Positions 13,500-26,274 of a stretch of 64,000 nt of DNA are shown piece by piece. Position 1 is the stretch's first letter, and the number at the start of each line of letters is the position of its first letter. Source of the stretch: Eledone cirrhosa. Taxonomy: Eukaryota. The notes beneath the pieces are model-generated. The model was not told the DNA's origin, made no database searches, and worked only from the letters and a program-made list of their open reading frames with translations. Location of the stretch: contig OZ024757.1 in NCBI GenBank assembly GCA_964016885.1, positions 21,204,001-21,268,000 on the forward strand, written 5' to 3'. Both the position numbers and the translations under genes were made by a program.

Positions 13500-14000
13500 A
13501 AAACCCTTTGAGAACAATCACGGTGTCACATGACTGTCATATCACATAGTCCAACTAGAGTTACTTCCCTTACAACATTTTACACTCGTCTTTCTCGCTC
13601 TCCTTTTCACACGCACGCACACACACACACACACACACTCTCTCGCTCGTGCACTTTTCTATGCACAAGATCTCTTTATCGATCTTTTCAATTTGAGCAA
13701 TCGATATACATAAGGCCTCATAAATGTCCTCCATAATGTATACTGCTGCGTTTCCGCATTTTCCTCCCCTAACGGTAAGAAAGGCGCTTTGAAAATAGAA
13801 TTGTTGCTTTCATGTACTGAAAGATCGATTCTCTCTTATTGAAATCGCTGCTCCCCACCAGTTCTCCACCCGCAGATCATGTTGTTGAATAATTCCTGTT
13901 GAACGATGAGGGTGTGGATGGGAGGCAATTATTTGAAATTATTTTGCATACCAAACAACCTCCATAAACTGCTACACGGTCCTTCCTCTCTTTCACTTCT
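13500..14000. promoter_or_regulatory. Unique CpG-retaining island; possible promoter with a candidate first coding exon at 13724-13774 (+)
   Basis: Non-repetitive with many CpGs; ATG at 13724 gives MSSIMYTAAFPHFPPLT followed in phase 0 by ACG|GTAAGA; no downstream exon identified. Confidence 0.25.
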
Positions 14001-14169
14001 TACAATGAAGTTTCAAAAAAAAAAAAAAAATAAAAAATAAAAATAAAAATAAAAATTACATTCACGAATTTACGACGAACGATTTCTATAATTGATATTT
14101 CCCTCTCCTACAATTTCACCTAACGAATTCTTAGATAAAAGAGGAGGTTGTTAATAGAGGAAATAACTA

Positions 14170-14176
14170 ATTAATA

Positions 14177-14224
<48 letters not shown>

Positions 14225-14970
14225 GAGAAGGGGGAGAAGAAGGAGAAGAAGAAGAAGAAGAAGAAAAAAAAAAGGAGCGAGAAAAAGATAAAAAGGAGAA
14301 AAAAGAAGACGAAGAAAATGATACGACAGAATAGAGTTATTAAGATGGGAGATTGAAGATTCTATCACCATGTGAGTGTGTGTTTGTGTGTGTGTGTGTG
14401 TATATATATATGTGTGTGTATATATACACACACAGAGATAACCACCACAATTGTGAAAAATTGATTTGATCTGGAAATTTCCTTTGTAATCTTTCAAAAA
14501 GGAAATCTGTGTGGTGTGTGTGTGTGTCTTAGGTGTGTGTGTATGTGTCTTAGATGTGTGTATAAGTCAAGTGTAAGTGTGTGTGTGTGTATTGTCACTA
14601 CAACTACACTACCACCACTAGATCACCACCACCACTACCACTGCATCAGCACCTCTACACCACCACCACTACCACCACTACAAACACCACACCACTACCA
14701 CCACTACAAACACCACACCACCACACCCCTACCACTACACCACTACCATCACTACACCACCACACCACCACTACATCACCACACCACTACCACTACACCA
14801 CCACACCACCACCACTACATCACCACACCACTATACCACTACCACCACCACACCACTACCACTACACCACTACCATCACTACACCCCCCACAGCACTTCA
14901 CCACCACACCACACCACTACCACTACACCACCACCACTATACCACCACTACACCACTACCACGACTACTT
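14170..14970. repeat. Simple repeats: (AAT)n, (GAA)n, (TG)n/(TA)n and a long degenerate (CAC/TAC)n tract
   Basis: Directly visible. Confidence 0.95.
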
Positions 14971-15116
14971 CAACAAAGACATTAGATCAACAATAATTTA
15001 GATTGTGGCTTAGACAACAAAAAAAACAAGAAAAACATAAATGTGTCTTGTGATTCAATGAATTGAAAATTATAAACAAATTGTTTAACACACACACAAA
15101 TATATATATATATGCA

Positions 15117-15148
<32 letters not shown>

Positions 15149-15912
15149 GGAAAGTGTTGTTATGTGGCATATTTTGATTAAAAGCCTCAATTTTGACAAT
15201 TTTGTAAAATAGAATAAATTTCAATAAATATGCTATTCAACTTTACAATATGAATTAAACTATTATTATTATTATTTATATTTTTATGTATAGAAAATAA
15301 AGGTGTTTAGATAATTTTAGGGGTGTTTAGATAATTTTAAGGTTTTTTAAAATATTTTCTAGGGGGTGTTTTAGTTTTTAATGTTTGCTAATTCAATTAG
15401 AGACAATTTCAAGATCAACTTATCTGTTTTTATTTATTTTTATTTTTTTTATAGCTAGGAGGAAACCTTTCTACTAGCTAGTACCTGTTTGTAAACTATG
15501 CAAGAACGTGTTTTAAGATTAAATAACAAGAAAAGACTGCAAGAGTATCTACCTATTGTCAAAGGATAGAGGATAATAAAAAACAAAAATAAAAAATAAA
15601 AAACATGCACCAGTATGCGCTTAGTAAAAATAAAATGAGAACAAAAAAAATAATTTACAAATTTCAAGGGAAGTAACTTTTATTTAAAACCATGTACGAG
15701 TTATTTCCCTTGGTATTCCTGTACTGACTCGGCAAGTGAGCGAAGTATTGTAAACAATTTCACAAATTACCGTTTAATTAAATATATTTAAACATATTTA
15801 AAAGAAAAATAAATAAACTAGACCTCAACGATGGTCTGCATTGTTAGAAAGTATTAAATAAAATACACGGAGTAAGGTAAAGGTTATTTATTCTCGCAAA
15901 CTTTGTAAAAAT

Positions 15913-16062
15913 GGTTGGTGTTAAGAAGGGCATCCAGCTGTAGAAAACCTGCCAGATAGAGTCTTATACGAGCGAGACACGGTCACCCAATCAACCTTGC
16001 CTCAAGTGGGACAATTCCTTGCCTAACACATGCTAGAGTGGAAGATAGACGTTAAATGATGA

Positions 16063-16066
<4 letters not shown>
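15913..16066 (+). mobile_element. SINE family A 3' tail (RTE-like tail)
   Basis: GGTTGGTGTTAAGAAGGGCATCCAGCTGTAGAAA...GACGTTAAATGATGATG, shared with full-length copies elsewhere in the window. Confidence 0.85.
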
Positions 16067-16443
<377 letters not shown>

Positions 16444-16471
16444 TATATATACACACACACATATATAGTAT

Positions 16472-16519
<48 letters not shown>

Positions 16520-16575
16520 AGTTATTCCGGGTTGAATCGGAGGTAACCACAGTAAGTAAAGTACTCAATACATTG

Positions 16576-16629
16576 AAGAGTATCCTGATGATTTATCACG
16601 AATGAAACAGTTCTAGTCCTGTAGAAGCT

Positions 16630-16632
<3 letters not shown>
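16576..16632 (+). ncRNA. Type-I hammerhead ribozyme motif with weak stem II
   Basis: AAGAGTATC-CTGATGA-TTTATCACGAAT-GAAA-CAG(TTCTAGTC)CTG-TA-GAAGCTCTT; stem I 8/9 pairs, stem III 4 bp, GUA triplet. Confidence 0.7.
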
Positions 16633-16666
<34 letters not shown>

Positions 16667-16668
<2 letters not shown>

Positions 16669-16727
16669 GCGGTGCCCCAGCATGGCCTCAGCCCGATGGC
16701 TGAAACAGGTAAAAGAGTAAAAGAGTA
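16667..16727 (+). mobile_element. Short SINE-tail fragment, second copy at 25358-25418
   Basis: GGGCGGTGCCCCAGCATGGCCTCAGCC..ATGGCTGAAACAGGTAAAAGAGTAAAAGAG nearly identical at both loci. Confidence 0.75.
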
Positions 16728-17404
16728 TATATTCAACTAGATTCAAATGACATCATTATAGTGCTGGTCATGTGATTTTGTCTTGTCACTAACCCATAGT
16801 ATGGTGCTATGAACGTAGAAACTGGAGAGTGGGGGGGGGGGGACTGAATGAGAGAAAGATGAATTTGTGTGTGTGTGTACGTTTGTATATGTGTGATTAA
16901 TATATCTGGTATCTTGTCTGTATGTGTATGTGTGTCAGCCAATCGGTATGTATCTATGTATATATATCTACTTTTGGTTTTATAATTTTATGTATATGTG
17001 TATGTATCTGCCTGAGTGTCTGCATATGTATGTGTGTATGTGTATGTATCTGCCTGAGTGTGCGTATGTATCTGCCTGAGTGTGTGTATGTATCTGCCTG
17101 AGTGTGTGTATGTATCTGCCTGAGTGTGTGTATGTGTATGTATCTGCCTGAGTTTGTGCATATGTATGTGTGTATGTGTATGTTTCCGCCTGAGTTTGTG
17201 CATATGTATGTGTGTATGTGTATGTATCTGCCTGAGTTTGTGCATATGTATGTGTGTATGTATGTACGTATGTATCTTATTTGTGTGTGTAAAGTCACTT
17301 TATTTTTTACCGAGAAAATGGATTTCTACAGATTACCCACCAGTATTGAGTGCTCATTCAATTAATGTTTTAAATATTACAGTACTTTTAACACACACAC
17401 ACAT

Positions 17405-18585
17405 ATGTGCAACCAAGCGCATACCCTCCATCAGACACCTACCATACTTTGAACGCGTTGCTTCTCTGGGCATGGATTCATTGAAGCTCCGACATCTGGC
17501 AATGGACTTGGTAAACACCCACAAAGTTATTAACCATCTCGCCAACCCTGAGCACCTTTTTGATCTCCATGTGTCTAACACACGTGGACATGCCTACAAA
17601 GTCAGAAAACAGCACAGCTCCCATGACTTTCGGAAACATTTTTTCACGCTTAGAGTTGCTGAAGCATGGAACAAACTGCCTGCGTCAGTTGTTAGCTGTC
17701 GAGACACTGCATCCTTTAAAACTTCCATGGAACAAACTACCTGTGTCAGTTGTTAGCTGTCGAGACACTGCATCCTTTAAAACCTCCATGGAACAAACTA
17801 CCTGCGTCAGTTGTTAGTTGTCTAGACACTGCATCCTTTAACACCTCCATGGAACAAACTACCTGCGTCTGTTGTTAGCTGTCGAGACACTGCATCCTTT
17901 AAAACCTCCATGGAACAAACTACCTATGTCAGTTGTTAGCTGTCGAGACACTGCATCCTTTAAAACCTCCATGGAACAAACTACCTGTGTCAGTTGTTAG
18001 CTGCCGAGACACTGCATCCTTTAAAACTTCCATTGAACAAACTACCTGCGTCAGTTGATAGCTGCCGAGACACTGCATCCTTTAAAACCTCCATGGAACA
18101 AACTGCCTGCATCAGTTGTTAGCTGTCGAGACACTGCATCCTTTAAAACCTCCATGGAACAAACTAACTGCGTCAGTTGTTAGCTGTCGAGACACTGCAT
18201 CCTTTAAAACCTCCATGGAACAAACTACCTGCGTCAGTTGTTAGCTGCCGAGACACTGCATCCTTTAAAACCTCCATGGAACAAACTGCCTGCGTCAGTT
18301 GTTAGTTGTCGAGACACTGCATCCTTTAAAACCTCCATGGAACAAACTACCTGCGTCAGTTGTTAGCTGCCAAGACACTGCATCCTTTAAAGCCCTCATG
18401 CTTCCCAAAATTCGCCAAAACTACACCTGATGTCCCCCTTCCATACACATGCACACATGTGTATATCATGACTCATGCACTGTTCATTTTCCTGACGTTT
18501 GTACATTACCCTATGTACCTTACATACACTTTTGATGAGTTGTAGTGCACCTGAGCACTGTACACAATATTTTCATTATTATTAC
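17405..18585 (+). mobile_element. 5'-truncated CR1/L2-group LINE (ORF2 C-terminus plus 3' UTR)
   Basis: ATKRIPSIRHLPYFERVASLGMDSLKLRH...TRGHAYKV...FFTLRVAEAWNKLPASVV...FK matches the CR1 ORF2 C-terminal pattern; ends in (ATT)n. Confidence 0.9.
17666..18390 (+). repeat. ~61-bp tandem repeat (~12 copies) amplified from the end of the CR1 ORF2
   Basis: Unit CATGGAACAAACTACCTGCGTCAGTTGTTAGCTGTCGAGACACTGCATCCTTTAAAACCTC. Confidence 0.93.
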
Positions 18586-18940
18586 ATGTATGGTAATATT
18601 GGGGTTTACCAACACAGATCCTGGTAAAGATGAGAGAAGCTCTATGCTAATCAGTTCCCTTAATACAGCAGTAATTTAAAATCAGCTGAGGATGTTCTCA
18701 GCCATTGTAAGACTGTTGTGGACAGTTAGGCTATGGGCTGCAGAGCTCAAAATATATAAATGGAGAGAGAATAACCAAGTTATACTTAAAGCATAATTTT
18801 AATACTACATATGTTGTATAGAGGTGGGCCATACCATGATATATATGTGGTATCTGTCCGTCGCTCTACGTATCTTCAGGAATTTATATATTGTTATAAG
18901 TTTCGAGAGTAATACATAATACCATATCAATTAATATATT

Positions 18941-19123
18941 TGTTTCTACTTTTGGCACAAGGCCAGCAATTATCCCAGTGCATTACTGGTACCTTATTTT
19001 ATCGAACCCGTAAGGATGAAAGGCAAAGTTAACCTCGGCGGGATTTGAACTCACATCATAAAGGGAGGTAACTCTACGCTTCAAAGCATGGCGCCCGACC
19101 CTCTACCGATACTGCCAATCCAC
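18941..19123 (-). mobile_element. Family B SINE, near full length
   Basis: Reverse complement carries the A-box, B-box (GAGTTCAAATCC) and tail. Confidence 0.88.
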
Positions 19124-19550
19124 CATATATATATTGCAAATTACAAGTACATTCAAAAGCAACAGCAAAGCAGAAGTGATATTAAAGACAGTATATAAAA
19201 ATGCAGTACTTCCGTGCATCCATATAAGATTAAAATTGTATGAGATTTCTTAAGTGCGCATATTGACAAGAAAAAGGACAGTAGTTAGGCGTAGAAAAAA
19301 TGGAAGAGATTGATAACTTTGTAAGAATTCATGTTTAAAATTAATTCTCCTTGATAAGATTTTCAACGGTGCACTTATGCTCGGAGGAAACGATATGGTG
19401 TTTACAAAGGACCAACTCCTAAACAAGTTGCTATCCCTCATAGCAACTGATAGCAACATCTTTTTCTGTCTTTTCTTAAGGGTCTTCACCCTACTCTTTA
19501 TAATCTATCATGAGAGCATTTCTGCACTTGAGCACTTTCTTTATATATAT

Positions 19551-19835
19551 ATCATCATCATTTTACGTCCGCTTTTCCCTGCTTGCAAGGGTGGGACGGG
19601 AACTGATTCTGGCTTGATTTCTACAGCTGGATGCCCTTCCTAACACCAACCTCATTTACAGTGAGTGCTGGGTGCTTTTTTTTTTTTCCATGGCACCACC
19701 ACGACCACTTTGCAGTGGAATGATAGGGACCCCTATCATCTCATTTCTACAGCTGAGTAAACTGGAGCAATGTGAAATAAAGTGTCTTGCTCAAGGAAAC
19801 AACACATCACCCGGTCTGAGAATTGAACTCACACC
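19551..19835 (-). mobile_element. Family A SINE, 5'-truncated
   Basis: High similarity to the reverse complement of 33700-33978. Confidence 0.88.
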
Positions 19836-20512
19836 TACACACAGACACACACATATATATATACACATACAAACACCTACACACAGACACACACATATAT
19901 ATATATACACATACAAACACCTACACACAGACACACACATATATATATACACATACAAACACCTACACACAGACACACACATATATATGTACACATACAA
20001 ACACCTACACACAGACACACACATATATATGTACACCTACACACAGACACACACACATATATGTACACATACTAACACATACACACACATATATATGTAC
20101 ACATACAAACACCTACATACAGACACACACATATATATATACATGCAAATACCTACACACAGACACACACATATATATATACACATACAAACACCTACAC
20201 ACAGACACACACATATATATATACACATACAAACACCTACACACAGACACACACATATATATATATACACATACAAACAGACACACACAGACACACACAT
20301 ATATATGTACACATACAAACAGACACACACATATATATGTACACATACAAACACCTACACACAGACATACATATATATATACACATACAAACACCTACAC
20401 ACAGACACACATATATATATACACATACAAACACCTACACACACACACACACACACATATATATATGTACACATGCAAACACCTAGACAAATATACAGAG
20501 ACACACATATAT
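19830..20512. repeat. Compound CA/TA minisatellite (~40-bp unit)
   Basis: ACACATACAAACACCTACACACAGACACACACATATATAT repeated. Confidence 0.93.
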
Positions 20513-20859
20513 ACCCTGTTCCATTGGTTGGATCTCAATCTACCTTTCACCTCTCCACAATCTCCTCATGTCTGATGGTTTCAACAAAAAAGATATTGCT
20601 AATCCAGCAACACTAATATTTCCCTTCTTTGCTGTTAAACTGCTGGGCTAAAGTGAAACATTAAATGTTAAGGCAGGCTTATTAAAACTAAATAGCCACC
20701 AGATGTTTGCTGTTAGCTTCAACATAAACACAGACACCAATCTTTCAGTGAATCTATCTCCCCAAGAATTACTTTAAAGGTGTGCTACACGTGCCTATGA
20801 ATGCACCTGGCTTGGTGCGTAGAGAGCTAAGAATTATACGTTTGTAGTAAAGAAGACTA

Positions 20860-21680
20860 GGTGTTGTGTTGTGTCCTTGAGCAAGACACTTTATTTCACG
20901 TTGCTCAAGTTCACTCACTTGGCAAAAATAAGTTGTTCCTGTATTTTCAAATGGTCTGCCTTGTCACACTGAATCTCCCTGAGAACTATGTCTGTAGAAT
21001 GCTCAACCACACGCCTGTTAATTGAAGTAACTGGAGCACTCATTGTTAGGGTGTTCATCATGAGATTCCCAAACTGGAGGACATATTGTGTCCTTGAGCA
21101 AGACACTTTACTCTACATTGTGTCCTTGAGCAAGACACTTTACTCCACATTGTGACCTTGAGTAAGACACTTTACTACACATTGTATACTTGAGTAAGAC
21201 ACTTTACTTCATATTGTGTCCTTCAGTAAGACACTTTACTCCACATTGTGTCCTTGAGCAAGACACTTTACTCGACATTGCGACCTTGAGTAAGACACTT
21301 TACTCCACATTGTATACTTAAGCAAGACACGTTACTCCACATTGTGTCCTTGAGCAAGACACTTTACTCCACATTGTGTCCTTGAGTAAAACACTTTACT
21401 TCATATTGTGTCCTTGAGCAAGACACTTTACTTCCCATTGTTTCCTTGAGCAAGACACTTTATTTCATGTTTCTCCAACTTCACTAAGCTGGCAAAAATG
21501 AGTTGTACCTGTAATTCAAGGAGCCAACCTTGTCTTGCACTGTGCCATGCTGAATCTCCCAGAGAATTACGTTAAGGTACACATGTCCATAGAATGCTCA
21601 GCCACTTACACGTTAATATCCCAAGCGGGCTGCTTCCATTGTTTAAATTAAGTGGAACGCTTGTGGCTATAGTGTTCAGC
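20860..21680 (+). mobile_element. Two SINE fragments (family C); the second contains a 32-bp tandem array at ~21085-21465
   Basis: SINE central motif TGTGTCCTTGAGCAAGACACTTTA repeated ~12 times, then continues into the SINE body. Confidence 0.85.
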
Positions 21681-22039
21681 TCATGATCATATTGGAGTGA
21701 GGGGTGGTGCAACAAATAAAACACCCTGGTCATAATTGGAATGTCATTGATCATATGTCAACTTATTGGCGTTAACCTAGGGTTAAATAACATATATGAA
21801 GTGTCTCTATTTGATCACAACTGACTTTAACTCCACTTATTTAAGTTCAGCTCTGTTTTGATGTGCTATTACCATTTTGGAAACTACCATATTAATTATC
21901 TTATGGTATTCTGATCAAAAGAATGCTCAGACACTAATAAATGGCACAACCCTTCATTAAAATATCAAATACTACTTCCCATGCATCCCTGCTCCCAGCA
22001 AAGAAGGAAAAAAACCCCCTCTTTTTTCAGTTTTAATCT

Positions 22040-22143
22040 AATATGTACATATATTATATAAATATATATATATATATGTACATGTTTGTACATATATACA
22101 CATGTTTATGTTTGTATGTATATACACACACAAACACATTTAT

Positions 22144-22176
<33 letters not shown>

Positions 22177-22190
22177 CACAAACACATATT

Positions 22191-22240
<50 letters not shown>

Positions 22241-22303
22241 TATATATATATATATATGTACATGTTTGTACATATATACACATGTTTATGTTTGTATGTA
22301 TAT

Positions 22304-22350
<47 letters not shown>

Positions 22351-22461
22351 AACACACAAACACATTTATACACACACACGCACACACACACATGTATATA
22401 TATATATATATATATATGTACATGTTTGTACATATATACACATGTTTATGTTTGTATGTAT

Positions 22462-22500
<39 letters not shown>

Positions 22501-22607
22501 CAAACACACAAACACATTTATACACACACACACACACACACATGTATATATATATATATATGTACATGTTTGTACATATATACACATGTTTATGTTTATA
22601 TGTATAT

Positions 22608-22638
<31 letters not shown>

Positions 22639-22790
22639 CAAACACACAAACACATATTTATACACACACACACACACACACACACGTGTATATATATATT
22701 TATAAGCAAATGTATATACAGATATATAGATATGTGTGCATGTGTGTGTGTGTGTGTGATATATGGGTGTTATATATGTGCGTGAGTGTG
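22040..22790. repeat. Compound TA/CA microsatellite with an internal ~120-180-bp superperiod
   Basis: Anchor TGTACATGTTTGTACATATATACACATGTTTATGTTT recurs four times. Confidence 0.92.
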
Positions 22791-23189
22791 TGATCAAAAG
22801 GGGATTTCTTTAATTTATTGGTTTTTTTATGTTAATTAGTGAGTAAACGAGGACCACAGCAATTATAAGTTACAGGTTAGAAAATGTTTTAATTAGCCAG
22901 AGATTAAGGGGGTAATTAGGGAGGTGGAATCAGTCCAAGAGACCACAGTTGTTTTAAGTAGCCAAGTTATCAGTTTACATGGAAGTTTCATGAAAAGATA
23001 ATCACAAAGGCACCTTGTGTAATTGTAAGGGCTTGAACGGGTGTGTACTAGATTTGTTAATAAGATAATATGTTGCAGGTTTAATAATGGGCTTAATTTG
23101 GGTATTGAAATAGCTGACCTATATGGAATGCAATCAATTACACAGAAACTGGGAATAGTCGCTGTGGATACATGTTAGAGTAATGTTTC

Positions 23190-23506
23190 ACAGTGTACCC
23201 GACCTCCCATGGGTACATGCTGAAGCATATAAACAATATGCCCCCACACCCCCCACCGCAAAAAAAGCACCCAGCCCACACTGTAAAGTGGACGTGTAGG
23301 CACCACGAAAAAGCACCCAGCACTCACTGTAAATGAGGTTGGTGTTAGGAAGGGCATCCAGCTGTAGAAATCAAGCCAGAATCAGTTCCCGTATGAGCAA
23401 GGCATGGTCAGCCGACCAGACACTGCACACAACAGGACAACCCGTCTAACCCATACTAGCGTGGAAGAACGGACGTAAAACGGTGATGATGATGATGATG
23501 ATGATG
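23190..23506 (+). mobile_element. Family A-related SINE variant; homolog at 61028-61360 on the minus strand
   Basis: Shared GACCTCCCATGGGTACA...AAGCACCCAGC...AGGAAGGGCATCCAGCTG...GGACGTAAAACGGTGATGATG. Confidence 0.85.
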
Positions 23507-23679
23507 AGATATTTTATTTTCAGTCAAGCAGCCTCCATATCATATATCTTAAAAAAAAATAAAAAGTAAATTCTAAAGTCTTTCCTCAGGCTAATACTTA
23601 TCCTGGGGGACAGAGGGCACAAGACCCCACTTTTCTGGGCATGAAACCAGTCTATCATAGGGTTAAACTCTATCTTAAG

Positions 23680-23870
23680 TCCTGAAGCTAATCTGACCAT
23701 TGTTTATGTTGGTTTCCTTGGCATTGAGCAACTGAGAGTACAAGACTTCCTCTGGACAGGACACCAGTTCATTGCAGGCTTAAGTCCCCCCAGCTACAGC
23801 TGGTAATTATTTCAGTTGGGTGTACTGGAGCAGCATGAAAGGAAGTGTTTTGCTCCACAACACACAACAA
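23680..23870 (-). mobile_element. Old SINE fragment resembling Nin/Deu-domain SINEs; related piece at ~39990-40115
   Basis: Minus strand CCTGCAATGAACTGGTGTCCTGTCCAGAGGAAGTCTTGTACTCTCAGTTGCTCAATGCCAAGGAAACC resembles the Nin-domain consensus as recalled. Confidence 0.55.
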
Positions 23871-24149
23871 GCATGGTTTACAATTGGATTAATTATTTCC
23901 AAATGTACAAATAACTCCCACCTGGATTAATTAACTTTTTAAATAAGGAAAATTAACTTAACACATGCACACACATACACACATACACAGATATACAGTG
24001 TCAAGAGTTTCCAGAGAATAGACAAAGGAAAGAGAGTGCTCTATGTTAAGTACAGAGCCAAAGTATGATATCATAAATCATTCTTAACACAGTTGTATGC
24101 TACCTAAGGTTTCAAAGACTACTCTAGTATAGGTCATTAAGTCACAATA

Positions 24150-24185
<36 letters not shown>

Positions 24186-24667
24186 ATAAGGATACTATTT
24201 ATGGTCATGTATATACTAAAACCTTTTATAGTTATATATATTTTAAACCCTAAATAGTGAAAGACAGTAATTTATTACTACCTTATTATATCTCTCTACA
24301 CACAGGCTTCTATATCATACATATATATATAAAAAAATACTTTACCAATACAACCCCCATAATACTCTTGATTGCCCGCTTAAACTGCTTGTATTACATG
24401 TAACACCCTGCCGCACTATAATCTTATATAAATAAGACACACGTGTAACTATTGCATACACTAACTACTTCAAACTATCCTCTTGCTTTATCTTCGTAAA
24501 CTGCCAATGTTGTATTTTAACTTTAATTTTGTCCTTTAATATGTCTTTAATCTTTGTATGTATATTGCCATGCTATAATATTATAATGGATGTCAACCCA
24601 CTGTGCATCAATATATACATTTGTTTCTATATGTCTCTTGTGTTGGAAAGGAGGTCAAGGATGTAAA

Positions 24668-24741
24668 AAATCATTGAAAAATTGCTCCGAAGACTCCAAA
24701 CCTCGGTTTGGAAGAAACAATTGTAAGCAGATAAATGATTT
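24668..24741 (+). ncRNA. Hammerhead-like motif with a core substitution (CCGAAGA)
   Basis: TTGCT-CCGAAGA-C-TCCAAAC(CTCG)GTTTGGA-A-GAAA-CAATTG-TA-AGCAG, plus distal AAATCATT/AATGATTT pairing. Confidence 0.6.
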
Positions 24742-24785
24742 AAACAGAACTTTGATTCATGTATTTTCTATATATATATATATAA

Positions 24786-25140
24786 GCAAAAGGGATATTT
24801 AATTTGTTGGTAATTCAACAAATATAAATGTTTATAACTGATTGAAAGCACTCGACAAGTTTTCTGGAGTATAATATTCAATGATATTAAATAAATGGAA
24901 ACTATATTTATAAAACCATATTTATTCTATTATATATATTTCAAGGGTACCAAAACTTTGGTACACTCTCATCAGATAAAATACTAAGTTTGTTTTATAA
25001 ATATTGACATAACCAGGAAAAAGATCTTAACAGTTCAAGGAACTATCCAGGAAAAACTTGAACCGTTAAGATCTTCTTCCTGGATATGTCACTATTTATA
25101 AAACAAACTTTTTATTTTATCTGATGAGAGCATACCAAAC
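24786..25140. mobile_element. Hammerhead-bearing foldback element (family F), copy 1
   Basis: Inverted repeat ~24957-25139; flank homologous to 37720-37865; bounded by (TA)n on both sides. Confidence 0.8.
24923..24983 (-). ncRNA. Minimal type-I hammerhead ribozyme
   Basis: Minus strand TATTTTAT-CTGATGA-GAGTGTACCAA(AGTT)TTGGTACCCTT-GAAA-TATATA-TA-ATAGAATA; intact core, 8-bp stem I, palindromic stem III, AUA triplet. Confidence 0.8.
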
Positions 25141-25243
25141 TATATATATGTATGTGTGTGTGTGGGTGTCATCATCATCATCATCATCATCATTTTACGA
25201 CTACTTTTCCCTGCTTGCAAGGGTATGTATATATATATGTGTG

Positions 25244-25274
<31 letters not shown>

Positions 25275-25435
25275 GTGTGTGTATATGTGTGTATGTGTGT
25301 GTGTGTATGTGTGAGAGAAAAGTAAATTGAAGTACAATGAAGATATAAATATATCAAGGGCGGTGCCCCAGCATGGCCTCAGCCGGATGGCTGAAACAGG
25401 TAAAAGAGTAAAAGAGTATATCAAGCGTGAAACTA

Positions 25436-25450
25436 ATATATATCTTCATA

Positions 25451-25492
<42 letters not shown>

Positions 25493-25493
25493 C

Positions 25494-25524
<31 letters not shown>

Positions 25525-25637
25525 TATATATATATATATACACACAGGTATATATATATATATATATATACATACACATATATATATCTATACACACATA
25601 TATATATCTATACACACATATATATATATACACACAC

Positions 25638-25697
<60 letters not shown>

Positions 25698-25947
25698 GAA
25701 TTTTTAATATAGGAATTTTTAATATAAGGAACTGTTTCTTTGTTTTTATTCATTATTTTTATTAATTTATCTTGACTCTGTTTTCCTGTGTTTTTGATTG
25801 AAAAAATTTTGAATACATCTTCTCTTTTCATGATATTTGGATTACATTGAGTTCTTCATACGGATTGGACACTACCGTATATTTTGATAGATTTATCTAC
25901 ATATATATATATATATATGCATATATATAATATATACATATATATAC

Positions 25948-26014
<67 letters not shown>

Positions 26015-26219
26015 TATATATATCTAACTATCTATATATATATACACACACACATATATATCTATATCTATCTATCTATATATATATACACACACACATA
26101 TATATCTATATCTATCTATCTATATATATATACACACACATATATATCTATATCTATCTATCTATATATATATACACACACACATATATATATATCTATC
26201 TATCTATCTATATATATAT

Positions 26220-26274
<55 letters not shown>

